Shown here piece by piece: positions 39,821 to 49,724 of a DNA stretch of 59,595 bases; within the stretch, counting starts at the first letter, position 1; every line of letters starts with the position of its first letter. Source of the DNA: a bacterium (GTDB lineage Bacteria; Margulisbacteria; WOR-1; O2-12-FULL-45-9; XYB2-FULL-48-7); assembly GCA_043812655.1 (NCBI GenBank), contig JBDRLW010000018.1, positions 1-59,595 on the forward strand, given 5' to 3'. Made by a program: the position numbers and the translations under genes. The notes below the pieces were generated by a model. The model worked only from the letters and a program-made list of their open reading frames with translations, did not search any database and was not told the DNA's origin.

Positions 39821-41349
39821 TGGAAAAAAGATCAAAACTTGTAGCGAAGAAAAGATTGGACTCAAGTTATCCCGCCTCTATATCCAGCTTATTTAAACAA
39901 ATTACCAACCAAAAATTAAATAAGTTCAATCCGGACAGCAGCCGGATAATTGCCCGGCCATTTATTCCTAGCGATATAAACCGGATCAAAAGGATTATTG
40001 GCTTGGTCCAGGGGCTTAATGAAGATGAAGCCAAGACAATATTAGCCCAGACGTTCAAAGAGTTTTCTTACCGGCATAAAGACATGAAAGGCATCTTGAT
40101 GAACCATTTCAATGGAGTGGCTGAGTATGTTGAAAACAAAGAAGGGCTTTCCACGGAAAGAAAATTATTGATCGGCTCGTATTTTACCAATGAATATTCA
40201 ATTGAGTCGGCGGCCCTGTTCAATCCGTCGATCGTAGTCTATCCAAAACAAAACAATCTGAAAAAAGGGGAGACGAGGGTTATTTTAAGTTTCCGGGCGG
40301 TGGGTGAAGGGCACATTTCCTCAATTGTCTTTAGAAGCGCGGTCATCGATAGGGAAAACAGCATTTTTATGGAGCCGATCAGCCGATATGTGACAACGCC
40401 CAGCATCGTCCTGGACCCGACTTATGGGAAGCATGTTTTTGAGCTCAAGTTGAAGGAGATGAGCATTTACAACGCATTATCGGCGGCGGTGATAGAGAGA
40501 TTAGGAGAAAACTTTGACTTTAGACAGCTCCAAGAAAGCATAAGCGCTGTCAGCGGCCAGGGGCTCTTGCCGCCAGCGGAGGCCGAAAGGACCGTGACCG
40601 AAATGAGCTGGCTGGCAAATTCAAACTACGAAATAATTTTTCCTCCAGAAGACATGATCTCCGAGAGGGTTATTTTTCCAACCGTCGCGACCGAGAGCAA
40701 CGGCGTGGAGGATGCCCGTTTTGTCCGTTTTATTAATGACGATGGGGCGATAATGTATTACGCGACTTATACCGCCTACAGCGGTTTTGGCATTCTGCCG
40801 CAATTGATAGAAACAAAAGATTTCCATCACTTTAAAATGACCACGCTTAACGGGAAAATGGCCAGCAATAAAGGGATGGCGCTTTTTCCCCGGAAGATAA
40901 ACGGTAAATACGCGATGATCTCCAGGCTTGATGGAGAAAGCCTATATATGATGTATTCTAATAACCTCCACTTTTGGAATGAAGCCAGCCTAATGCAAAA
41001 ACCGGCAAAATCGTGGGAATTTGTCCAGATCGGCAATTGCGGTTCGCCCATCGAAACCGAAAAGGGGTGGCTCTTGCTGACTCACGGCGTTGGCCCAATG
41101 AGAAAATATTGTATTGGGATAGAATTATTGGACCTTAACGATCCGTCGAAGATCATCGCCCGGCTTGACGAACCTTTGCTGTCTCCGGAAGAAGAAGAGA
41201 GGGAGGGTTATGTGCCGAACGTGGTCTACAGCTGCGGATCGATCGTGCTTAATAACGAGTTGATCCTCCCTTACGCGACCTCTGATTCTGTTTCCGCTAT
41301 AGCCGTCATTTCACTTGATGAACTGCTGGGGAAATTGCGTTATTTATAA
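39820..41349 (+). CDS. Glycoside hydrolase family 130-like glycosidase/phosphorylase (long form)
   Basis: ESAALFNPS, RAVGEGHISS, GVEDAR, NKGMALFPRKI, GYVPNVVYSCG. Confidence 0.85.
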   Translation: MEKRSKLVAKKRLDSSYPASISSLFKQITNQKLNKFNPDSSRIIARPFIPSDINRIKRIIGLVQGLNEDEAKTILAQTFKEFSYRHKDMKGILMNHFNGVAEYVENKEGLSTERKLLIGSYFTNEYSIESAALFNPSIVVYPKQNNLKKGETRVILSFRAVGEGHISSIVFRSAVIDRENSIFMEPISRYVTTPSIVLDPTYGKHVFELKLKEMSIYNALSAAVIERLGENFDFRQLQESISAVSGQGLLPPAEAERTVTEMSWLANSNYEIIFPPEDMISERVIFPTVATESNGVEDARFVRFINDDGAIMYYATYTAYSGFGILPQLIETKDFHHFKMTTLNGKMASNKGMALFPRKINGKYAMISRLDGESLYMMYSNNLHFWNEASLMQKPAKSWEFVQIGNCGSPIETEKGWLLLTHGVGPMRKYCIGIELLDLNDPSKIIARLDEPLLSPEEEEREGYVPNVVYSCGSIVLNNELILPYATSDSVSAIAVISLDELLGKLRYL

Positions 41350-41358
41350 TCGACGGGG

Positions 41359-43605
41359 TTATAAGTCATAATCGGATTCTTCTTCGATCACGGCGAGCAG
41401 GGCCATAAGAAATGAGACCATGCTTTCTCCTCCTTGGTTAAGACTGATCCCGTCCGGGAGAAGACCGTCAGCACAGCCCTTTGTTTCCTCGTCATATAAA
41501 GACATTCCCATATCATTCTCGCCTAAGAACCAATCAAAAGCGAGTTTCATTTTTGTTAAATATTCCGGTTTTTTTGTGACCCGGTAGGCGGATTGGAAAG
41601 CCAGGACCATGGCCGCAGCGTCGATCGGCTGTTGGTCAAACTTGGCTTTTTCCTGTCCTTTCCTATACCAGCCATTACTGCCGATGACCGAAAGATGCCG
41701 GTCGGGGAAATTGATCTTTTCCAGGAAAGATAATGATTCTGTCGCTACTTGCAGGTATTTTTCTTCTTTTAAAATAGAATAAGCGTGAAAAAAAGCCAGG
41801 GGGAGGGTCGCGTTATCATAACTTAAGATCTCTTCAAACCATTTCCACTCATCGTCAGCGGTTGACCGGTATTTATCAATAAGGTTTTGGCAGCATTCAC
41901 GGAGGAGGGTGAAAACCCCTTCATCACTGGGATAGCAGCGCAGATAAGCGCAAAGGCCGATAATAGCAAGCGCTTTTCCCCGCAAGTTTAGGTCGCGCAC
42001 ATGAGGCAGAGCTTTTTTAAAACACTCCGCGGCGAAAGAGCGGTAGGCGTCGCGGGGCGGGCGCCAAACAACGTAGCCGAGCGCCCAGAAGGCCCGGCCA
42101 AAGGCGTCATCGGAGCCAACATCATCCATAAAGCGGCGCTGGTAATCCATAAAATTACGGAAGCGGCCGTCAGCTGTTTGCATATAAGCCGTAAAACTGA
42201 AATAAGTGGAGAGTAATTCTTTGGCTTCGGGGCTTTTAACCAGGAAAACCGCCCAGGCGGCCACCATCATTGCCCGGGCATTGTCATCCAAACAATAACC
42301 GGTGTGGCGGTCAGGTACAATATATTTGGCATGTTGGATCAGTCCCGTCTGGTCGGTCAGGCGTTTCAAGTGCGTTAGGTTAAAAAGAGGGAGCCGCATG
42401 GTCGGTACTGATTTAGCCAGTTCTACCCCTGTCTTTTGGGGGGAGGTGGCGGCCTCCTGGAAGACTTTAATATAATTATTTGAGACCTTTTCCCAACACA
42501 TTTGGCGGCCAAAGGTGTAGGCGTTTTTTTTCATGGCTGTTAATTTTTTTTCATTGGCCAGCAGGTCCAGCAAAACGGAGCTCAATTGTTCCGGATTATT
42601 AAAATCAAACAGTTGCCCTCGGCCATCAGCCAAAAGTTCCGTCGCGTACCAATAAGGGGTTGAAATAACGGCATTATTAGCGCCAACGGCATAAGCGAGC
42701 GTGCCGCTAACGATCTGAGCCTCGTTTAGATACGGGGTAATGTAGATATCGGTCGCCAAAAGATAGGCGGACAGCTCTTCTTTGCTTAAAAAACGGTTAT
42801 CAAATACGACGTGGTCCTGTTGGTCTAATTTTGTGACCAGCCTGATAAGGGAGGAGCGGTATTTTTCGCCGTACTCCCTTTGGATATTGGGATGGGTTTG
42901 GCCGCAGATCACATAGGTTAAATTCGGGTGTTTTTTAGTCACGGGCGGGAGCGCTTTGATAACGGTTTCGATCCCTTTGTTCGGGCTAAGGAGCCCAAAG
43001 GTTAAAAGGACGTCGCGTCCGGCCAGTTTAAAACGCTTTTTATATTGGCTGGCATCGAGCGCGGGAAAATCTGGCGTCCCGTGATGGATCATAGCGATCT
43101 TTTTGTTATCTACCCCGTAGATCTCCTTAAGGAATTCCACCGCCCGGTCGCTCATGACCACGACTTTACTGGCCCGTCGGCAGATCTCCTGCAAGATCTT
43201 TTTCTGGTTGGGTGTTGGATTCTTCAGGACCGTATGCAGGGTAACGACAAAAGGGATCGCCAGCCGGGAAACAAGCGAGAGGATATAAATGCCGTCCCAC
43301 CCGCCGAAGATCCCGTATTCATGCTGGAGGCAGACGACGTCGGCATTGCTGGTATTAATGAAATTCGCGGCTTCAAAATAATCTTTTTGCTGTGACTGAT
43401 TAATAGTAAAGGCCACTCTTTTTGGGTAGGCATATTCCTTGGCCTGGTCATTTAATGCGACCGTGAAAACATTGGATTTGCTGGCCAGGTTTTCCGCCAC
43501 CGCTTCGCAGAGGTCGGTTGTAAAGGTCGCGATCCCGCAAATGCGGGGAAGATAATTCCCGACAAAAGCAACATTAAGTTTTTTATTCTTGATCTTTTTT
43601 GGCAT
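41359..43605 (-). CDS. GT4 glycosyltransferase fused to a C-terminal helical glycosidase-like domain
   Basis: PRICGIATFT, QHEYGIFGG, SGTLAYA, GYCLDDNARA, FDQQP, NQGGES; start moved to ATG 43605. Confidence 0.87.
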   Translation of the reverse strand: MPKKIKNKKLNVAFVGNYLPRICGIATFTTDLCEAVAENLASKSNVFTVALNDQAKEYAYPKRVAFTINQSQQKDYFEAANFINTSNADVVCLQHEYGIFGGWDGIYILSLVSRLAIPFVVTLHTVLKNPTPNQKKILQEICRRASKVVVMSDRAVEFLKEIYGVDNKKIAMIHHGTPDFPALDASQYKKRFKLAGRDVLLTFGLLSPNKGIETVIKALPPVTKKHPNLTYVICGQTHPNIQREYGEKYRSSLIRLVTKLDQQDHVVFDNRFLSKEELSAYLLATDIYITPYLNEAQIVSGTLAYAVGANNAVISTPYWYATELLADGRGQLFDFNNPEQLSSVLLDLLANEKKLTAMKKNAYTFGRQMCWEKVSNNYIKVFQEAATSPQKTGVELAKSVPTMRLPLFNLTHLKRLTDQTGLIQHAKYIVPDRHTGYCLDDNARAMMVAAWAVFLVKSPEAKELLSTYFSFTAYMQTADGRFRNFMDYQRRFMDDVGSDDAFGRAFWALGYVVWRPPRDAYRSFAAECFKKALPHVRDLNLRGKALAIIGLCAYLRCYPSDEGVFTLLRECCQNLIDKYRSTADDEWKWFEEILSYDNATLPLAFFHAYSILKEEKYLQVATESLSFLEKINFPDRHLSVIGSNGWYRKGQEKAKFDQQPIDAAAMVLAFQSAYRVTKKPEYLTKMKLAFDWFLGENDMGMSLYDEETKGCADGLLPDGISLNQGGESMVSFLMALLAVIEEESDYDL

Positions 43606-43702
43606 ATCTTCATTATAGCGGAAATGCATCAGCCGTGCCAGGAAACACCCCGCGATAACCGTATTGCGGCTAGAGGCCAGGAAGATGTATACTCTTAAAG
43701 AG

Positions 43703-44650
43703 ATGAGGATCATATTTTTTGGCACACCCGAACCAGCCGCAAAGATTTTAGAAGCTTTAGCCAAAACAAAGCACGAAATCGCCTTGGTTGTTTCCCAGCC
43801 GGATCGGCCAAAGGGGAGAGGACAAATAATTTCTTTCTCGCCGGTTAAAGAAGTCGCGGTAAAACATAAACTACCAGTAGAACAACCAGAAAAAGTCAAA
43901 AACAACCCAGACTTTCTAAAAAAGATCAAAGATTTTAAGGCAGATATAGCGGTTGTTGTCGCTTATGGAAAAATATTGCCTAAAGATTTGCTGGATATTC
44001 CCAAGCATGGATTCATTAACCTCCATGCTTCGCTCCTCCCTAAATATCGGGGGGCGGCGCCGGTGCAATGGGCGATAATTAATGGAGAAAAGACGACGGG
44101 AGTAACGATCTTTAAAATAGTGGAACAATTGGATGCGGGACCGATAGTTGGGAGTCGGGAGTTGGGAGTTGGGAGTGAAGACAACGCGAAGACTTTGCTG
44201 GATAAACTATTCACTTTGGGAGAAGAATTACTTTTAGAGACCTTGGTTATGATCGAAAATGGAACAGCAAAGTTTACTCCTCAAGATGAGGAGAAGGTGA
44301 CTTACGCGCCGATCATTACCAAAGAGAGTGGCGAGCTTGATTGGAAAAAAAGCGCGAATGAACTTGACAACCGGATCAGGGGGTTGTTCCCTTGGCCGGC
44401 AGCCCATACTTTCTGGCAGGGAAAAAGGTTGAAGCTCATCAAGGCGGCTCCATTTAATATTGAACTGACCGGCCTAAAAAAATCACCGGGCGAAATCATT
44501 GAAATTATCAAGAATGAGGGGTTTGTGGTCGCTACCGGGAACGGCAACTTGCTGGTTTCAGAAGTACAAAGCGAAGGGGGGAGGCCCCTAAATGCTTACC
44601 AATTTGCTATCGGTCACGACGTAAAAATCGCTGAAGTCCTTCCCAGTTAA
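43703..44650 (+). CDS. fmt: Methionyl-tRNA formyltransferase
   Basis: MRIIFFGTPE, QPDRPKGRG, INLHASLLPKYRGAAP; start at ATG 43703. Confidence 0.97.
   Translation: MRIIFFGTPEPAAKILEALAKTKHEIALVVSQPDRPKGRGQIISFSPVKEVAVKHKLPVEQPEKVKNNPDFLKKIKDFKADIAVVVAYGKILPKDLLDIPKHGFINLHASLLPKYRGAAPVQWAIINGEKTTGVTIFKIVEQLDAGPIVGSRELGVGSEDNAKTLLDKLFTLGEELLLETLVMIENGTAKFTPQDEEKVTYAPIITKESGELDWKKSANELDNRIRGLFPWPAAHTFWQGKRLKLIKAAPFNIELTGLKKSPGEIIEIIKNEGFVVATGNGNLLVSEVQSEGGRPLNAYQFAIGHDVKIAEVLPS
44146..44176 (+). repeat. (AGTTGGG)x4 tandem repeat inside fmt
   Basis: AGTTGGG AGTCGGG AGTTGGG AGTTGGG AGT, encoding VGSRELGVGS. Confidence 0.8.
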
Positions 44651-44665
44651 GGCAAAAAACAGGGC

Positions 44666-44717
44666 TTGACACCCCAGGTATGGTGTGGTAAATTTTCTTT
44701 CACCCTATAGATGGAAA
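44666..44717 (+). promoter_or_regulatory. sigma70 promoter overlapped by two putative NrdR boxes
   Basis: TTGACA 44666 - 17 nt - TGnTAAATT; boxes ACCCCAGGTATGGTGT (44671) and ACCCTATAGATGGAAA (44702), 31 nt apart. Confidence 0.65.
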
Positions 44718-44721
44718 ATAT

Positions 44722-45207
44722 ATGAAATGCCCGTTTTGTGACTCAATTGAAGATAAGGTCCTGGAATCGCGCGAGATCGATGACGGGAGCGCGGTCAGGC
44801 GGCGGCGTGAGTGTTCTTCCTGCCGGGGGCGGTTTACCTCATATGAACGGATCGAAGAGCGGCCGCTCCTCGTTATCAAGCGGGATGGGAGAAGGGAGCA
44901 GTTTAACCGGAGCAAGGTTGTTAATGGGATCTTGCACGCTTGCGAGAAACGGCCAGTTTCGATCGAAACGATCGAGGCTATAGTGGATGAGATAGAAAAG
45001 GAGCTCCACAAAGAAGCCGGGCGCGAAGTATTGAGTTCAAAGATCGGCAGGCTGGTAATGGAAAAATTGCAAGCGGTAGATAAAGTTGCGTATATCAGGT
45101 TCGCTTCCGTCTACCGGAAGTTTGAAGATGTGTCAGAGTTCTTAAAAGAAGTTAAAGAGCTGTCGGCAGTACACCCCCACACCAAAGCCTTTGGTGTGGG
45201 GGTATAA
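44722..45207 (+). CDS. nrdR: Transcriptional repressor NrdR
   Basis: MKCPFC, RRRRECSSC, ATP cone, VAYIRFASVY. Confidence 0.98.
   Translation: MKCPFCDSIEDKVLESREIDDGSAVRRRRECSSCRGRFTSYERIEERPLLVIKRDGRREQFNRSKVVNGILHACEKRPVSIETIEAIVDEIEKELHKEAGREVLSSKIGRLVMEKLQAVDKVAYIRFASVYRKFEDVSEFLKEVKELSAVHPHTKAFGVGV
45173..45203. repeat. Perfect 15-bp inverted repeat at the 3' end of nrdR
   Basis: ACCCCCACACCAAAG-C-CTTTGGTGTGGGGGT. Confidence 0.85.
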
Positions 45208-45225
45208 AAAAAGGAGGAGCAAGAG

Positions 45226-47313
45226 ATGACTACCCAGGTTTTAGACAAAAGAGATTCGACCGATCTAGCGTTGTTCGTGAGGACGTCGAGTGATGACATC
45301 GTCGGGTGGGACAGGGAAAAGATCGTTGCCGCCCTGATCAAGGAAACAGAGCTTAACCGCGAGATCGCTGAAGATATCGGCCTGGAAGTGGAGAAACAGC
45401 TCAAGGGCTTGAAGCTTAAATCGGTTACCGCCCCGCTGGTCAGGGAATTGGTCGACGTTAAGCTCCTCGAGTTTGGCCTTGAAGAAGCCCGCCGCCGGCA
45501 CACCCGGCTTGGTTCGCCACTATATGATGTAAAGAACATTATTTTTAACGCGAATAAAGAGAATGCCAATGTCCCCCACGGGCCAGAAGCGACCAATTTA
45601 ACGTTGGCCGAAAACATTAAAAAAGAATTTGCGCTCCTGCACGTTTTTTCCCAAGATATTGCCGACGCCCACATGAGGGGGGAGCTCCACCTCCACGACC
45701 TCGGGTTTATTGACCGGCCGTATTGCAGCGGGCAATCGGTGGAATACGTCAAAAAATTCGGTTTGGACCTGCCCAATTCGCTCTCCAATGCTAAACCAGC
45801 TAAACACCCTGAAGTTTTGCTGGCGCAGATGGTCAAATTTTCGGCCGCCCTCCAAGGAGTCTTTGCCGGCGCGATCGGGTGGGATGCGGTCAATATTTTC
45901 TTTGCCCCATTTCTGGTCGGCATGTCGGACAATGAGATCCACCAACTTGCCCAGATGATGATCTACGAATACAGCCAGCAGGCGGTAGCCAGGGGTGGGC
46001 AGGCGATCTTCTCGGACATTAATATTTATTGGGAAATACCGAAGCATTTTGAGAATGTGCCGGCGATGGGGCCGGGCGGCGAATACACCGGTAAAAAATA
46101 TAGCGATTACATTGAAGAGTCGCAAAAATTTGCCTGGGCGCTATTTGATGTGTATAAAGAAGGGGATGGTTCGGGCCGGCCGTTCTTTTTCCCCAAGCCG
46201 CTTGTCCACATGACCGAAAAGTTTTTTGTGACCCCCGGCCACGAGAAGTTCTTGCGCCATATCTGTGAAGTCGCCGCCGAAAAGGGGAACACCTACTTTG
46301 TGTTTGACCGGGGCGAAACGGCCAAAATTTCCGAATGCTGCCGGCTGTCATTTAAATTAGAACAATCAGACCTGGATGATGCCAGGGAGCCGTGGCGGAT
46401 GAGATATTCCGCCTTGCAAAACGTGACGATCAATCTGCCGCGGATGGCATTTAAAGCCAGTGGTTCCGATTCCAGGTTGTTCGATCTAATTGAGCAGCAG
46501 CTGGAAATGGCCGCCAGGGCCCATGTCCAGAAAAAGAAGTTTATCACCGATATTTTAGCGGCTGGATCCCGCGGACCTCTTTCCCTGCTCGCGATGCAGC
46601 GTGACGGGCAACAGTACTTGCGGATGTTCCGCGTCAGCTATCTGATGGGTATCCTTGGCCTTAATGAATTAGTAGAAGCCCATATCGGTAAAGAACTCCA
46701 TGAAAGCGCCGAAGCATTAAAACTTGGCCTTAAGGTCATCTCCTACATGAAGATCAAGTGCGAAGAGTTGTCAAAACGCTACAACATGCATTTTGTCCTG
46801 GAACAGACGCCAGCCGAATCGACCGCTTACCGCTTTGCCAAGCTCGATCGGGAACACTACTCCAAATTCGCGGAGCGAGTGACCAAGGGGAACCAACAGA
46901 CGGGCGAGGTCTACTATACTAACTCAACCTATTTTAATGTCTCTCACCAGATGAGCCCGATCGATAAAGTGAAACAGGAAGGACTCTTCCATCCGCTGAT
47001 CGATGCCGGGGCCTTGACCCATATCTGGCTGGGCGAGAGCAAGCCCGACCCTGATTCGATCGCCAGCTTTGTGGAAAAAACTTTCCGCCACACGCAAAAT
47101 TCACAGATCGCTTTCTCGCCGGAATTCACGTCTTGCAACGCCTGCGCCAAAATATCGCGGGGACTGCGGGAGGCTTGTCCGCATTGCCAATCAGACAATA
47201 TCGAAGGGATCACCAGGATCACCGGGTACTTTTCCCGGATCACCGGCTGGAATAAAGGGAAGACCGGCGAACTAAAGGATAGGTTTAGAACCAATGAACA
47301 CCTTAACGATTAA
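45226..47313 (+). CDS. nrdD: Anaerobic (class III) ribonucleoside-triphosphate reductase, copy 1
   Basis: ATP cone, HLHDL..RPYC, SECCRL, EQTPAES, two CxxC, RITGY glycyl-radical loop. Confidence 0.96.
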   Translation: MTTQVLDKRDSTDLALFVRTSSDDIVGWDREKIVAALIKETELNREIAEDIGLEVEKQLKGLKLKSVTAPLVRELVDVKLLEFGLEEARRRHTRLGSPLYDVKNIIFNANKENANVPHGPEATNLTLAENIKKEFALLHVFSQDIADAHMRGELHLHDLGFIDRPYCSGQSVEYVKKFGLDLPNSLSNAKPAKHPEVLLAQMVKFSAALQGVFAGAIGWDAVNIFFAPFLVGMSDNEIHQLAQMMIYEYSQQAVARGGQAIFSDINIYWEIPKHFENVPAMGPGGEYTGKKYSDYIEESQKFAWALFDVYKEGDGSGRPFFFPKPLVHMTEKFFVTPGHEKFLRHICEVAAEKGNTYFVFDRGETAKISECCRLSFKLEQSDLDDAREPWRMRYSALQNVTINLPRMAFKASGSDSRLFDLIEQQLEMAARAHVQKKKFITDILAAGSRGPLSLLAMQRDGQQYLRMFRVSYLMGILGLNELVEAHIGKELHESAEALKLGLKVISYMKIKCEELSKRYNMHFVLEQTPAESTAYRFAKLDREHYSKFAERVTKGNQQTGEVYYTNSTYFNVSHQMSPIDKVKQEGLFHPLIDAGALTHIWLGESKPDPDSIASFVEKTFRHTQNSQIAFSPEFTSCNACAKISRGLREACPHCQSDNIEGITRITGYFSRITGWNKGKTGELKDRFRTNEHLND

Positions 47314-49393
47314 TAGGGAACAATTTATTGAGAAAGAAGAATCGACCGACCTGTCGGTTTTTGTTAGGACTTCAACCGACGACATTGTCAGTTGGGACAA
47401 GGAAAAAATAGTTGAAGCGTTGGGCCGGGAGACTGGGCTCAATGAAGCGATCGCCGGGATAATCGCGATCGAAGTGGAAAAGCAGATCAAGAACATGGCG
47501 GTTAAAAGCATTACCGCGCCGCTGATCCGCGAACTGGTTGACGTAAAACTCCTGGAATATGGCTTGGAAGACGCCAGGCGCAAACACACTAGACTTGGAG
47601 TGCCGGTCTACGACGTAAAAAAGATCATCGCCCACAAAAACAAGGAGAATGCCAATACGCCGCATTCGCCTGAGGCGACAAATTTGACTTTGGCGGAAAA
47701 TATTAAAAAAGAATATGCGCTGCTTAGTATTTTTTCCCTGCCGGTGGCCGATGCCCACATGAGCGGCGATATCCACCTCCACGACCTAGGTTTTGTTGAC
47801 CGGCCATATTGCAGCGGCCAATCGATCGAGTACATTAAAAAATTCGGGCTTGATCTGCCTGATGCCAGCCGGACAGAACTGCCGGCCGAAGATGCCGATG
47901 CCCTGGTTTCGCAGGTGGTAAAATATTCGGTCGCCCTTCATGGTTTTTTTGCCGGGGCGATCGGGTGGGACGCGGTAAATGTTTTTATCTCTCCTTTCCT
48001 TGAAGGGTATAGTTATGAGGGGATCAGGAAAGTAGCCAGAAAACTGATCCTTGAATTCGCGACGGTCGCGATCTCCCGAGGCGGACAGGGGCTTTTTTCC
48101 GACCTTAATATTTACTGGGAGACACCGAAGCATTTTGAGGCTGTTCCGGCGTTAGGGCCCAACGCTAAATTTACCGGCAAGACTTACGCCGATTATCTAC
48201 CGCAAGCGCAAGCGTTTGCTAAGGCGATGTTCGAAGTCTACAAAGAAGGGGATGGGGCCGGCCGTCCTTTCTTTTTCCCTAAACCTTTGGTCCACATTAC
48301 TGAAAAGTTTTTTGGGACGCCGGGACACGAAGAGTTCTTGCGGCTGATCTCCGAAGTCGCGGCCGAAAAAGGGACAACCTACTTTGTGTTTGACCGGGGT
48401 GAAACGGCTAAAATATCCGAATGCTGCCGGTTGGCTTTTAAACTTGAATATTCTGATCTCCAAGATGCTAAAGAACCATGGCGGATGCGCTATTCGGCGA
48501 TCCAGAACGTGACGATCAATTTGCCGCGCGTCGCCTACCGGGCGGAAAAAGATGAGTCCAAGCTTTTCCAGGAGCTGGAAAAGACCTTGGTTGTTGCGGC
48601 GCAGGCCCATAAGGAGAAAAGAAAATTTATTGAGCAGCTATTAGCCGAAGGGAGCACGGGACCGCTTTCTCTCCTGGCGACGAAGAGGGATGGCGAGACC
48701 TATTTGCGCTTGCGCCGGGTGACCCATCTGGTGGGGATCCTGGGACTCAATGAGATGATCCAGCATCATTTAGGCCAGGAACTCCACGAAAGTCCCCAAG
48801 CGTTAAAACTGGGGCTTAAAGTGATCTCTTTTATGAAAGTTAAATGCCAGGAGTTATCGGAAAAATACGACCTCCATTTTGTCCTTGAACAGACACCAGC
48901 TGAATCAACCGCTTACCGCTTTGCCCGACTTGACCTTGAACACTTTCCTAAACAAACGGCCAAGGTGGTGAAGGGAAAACTGGGGTCGTCAGAAATTTAT
49001 TACACCAACTCGACTTATTTTAATGTTGCCCACGCGATGAACCCGGTCGAAAAAGTAAAGCAAGAGGGCTTGTTCCATCCCTTGATCGACGCGGGGGCGT
49101 TGACCCATATCTGGCTGGGAGAATCCAAGCCGAACGCCGATTCAATTGCCAATTTTGTGATCAAAACTTTCCGGCAGACAGAGAACGGCCAGATCGCCTT
49201 TTCGCCGGAATTTACTTCGTGTTCCGATTGCGGCCGGACAGTCCGGGGATTGCAGACCGCCTGTCCTCATTGCAGTTCGGAAAACATTGAAGGGATCACC
49301 AGGATCACCGGTTATTTTTCCCGGATTCCCGGTTGGAACAAAGGAAAGATAGCGGAGCTGCGTGATCGCTACCGCTCGGCCGAAATGATCTAA
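47294..49393 (+). CDS. nrdD: Anaerobic (class III) ribonucleoside-triphosphate reductase, copy 2
   Basis: All of the same motifs retained; 20-nt overlap with copy 1. Confidence 0.95.
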   Translation: MNTLTINREQFIEKEESTDLSVFVRTSTDDIVSWDKEKIVEALGRETGLNEAIAGIIAIEVEKQIKNMAVKSITAPLIRELVDVKLLEYGLEDARRKHTRLGVPVYDVKKIIAHKNKENANTPHSPEATNLTLAENIKKEYALLSIFSLPVADAHMSGDIHLHDLGFVDRPYCSGQSIEYIKKFGLDLPDASRTELPAEDADALVSQVVKYSVALHGFFAGAIGWDAVNVFISPFLEGYSYEGIRKVARKLILEFATVAISRGGQGLFSDLNIYWETPKHFEAVPALGPNAKFTGKTYADYLPQAQAFAKAMFEVYKEGDGAGRPFFFPKPLVHITEKFFGTPGHEEFLRLISEVAAEKGTTYFVFDRGETAKISECCRLAFKLEYSDLQDAKEPWRMRYSAIQNVTINLPRVAYRAEKDESKLFQELEKTLVVAAQAHKEKRKFIEQLLAEGSTGPLSLLATKRDGETYLRLRRVTHLVGILGLNEMIQHHLGQELHESPQALKLGLKVISFMKVKCQELSEKYDLHFVLEQTPAESTAYRFARLDLEHFPKQTAKVVKGKLGSSEIYYTNSTYFNVAHAMNPVEKVKQEGLFHPLIDAGALTHIWLGESKPNADSIANFVIKTFRQTENGQIAFSPEFTSCSDCGRTVRGLQTACPHCSSENIEGITRITGYFSRIPGWNKGKIAELRDRYRSAEMI

Positions 49394-49407
49394 AAGGAGG
49401 GTTTATC

Positions 49408-49722
49408 ATGGAAAAGACGGAAGTAAAAGTATTTGGAAAACCGGGGTGCGAGTATTGTAAGACGACGATGAAAAAGTTCGAGACCTTCCTTGGCCGGTGG
49501 AAGATCGATGAATCTGACGTTAAGCTCTCATTTTTTGATATGGAGACAGTTGACGGCTTAGCTGAAGGGGCATTTTACGGCGTGACCAAGATACCTTCAA
49601 CCGTGATCGAAAAAAAAGCGGATGTCCTAAAACGCTGGGATGGCGTAGTGCCACTATCGGAAGAGTTCAAGGATTTTTTTGGCGACCTATCGATGCCGGC
49701 GGACGCAAAAGAAATTAATTAG
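49408..49722 (+). CDS. Thioredoxin/glutaredoxin-like (NrdH-like) protein
   Basis: VFGKPGCEYC, IPST cis-Pro-like motif; SD AAAGGAGG; last gene of the nrd operon. Confidence 0.85.
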   Translation: MEKTEVKVFGKPGCEYCKTTMKKFETFLGRWKIDESDVKLSFFDMETVDGLAEGAFYGVTKIPSTVIEKKADVLKRWDGVVPLSEEFKDFFGDLSMPADAKEIN

Positions 49723-49724
49723 TT

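Noticed and set aside
43606..43929. N-terminal 108 aa of the 856-aa GT4 ORF
   Set aside because: Overlaps fmt antisense; the GT4 domain and a -10 box point to ATG 43605.
45226..49393. nrdD duplication as an assembly artefact or a DGR template/variable pair
   Set aside because: The copies differ throughout at synonymous and non-synonymous sites, not only at adenines, both frames are intact, and no reverse transcriptase is present.
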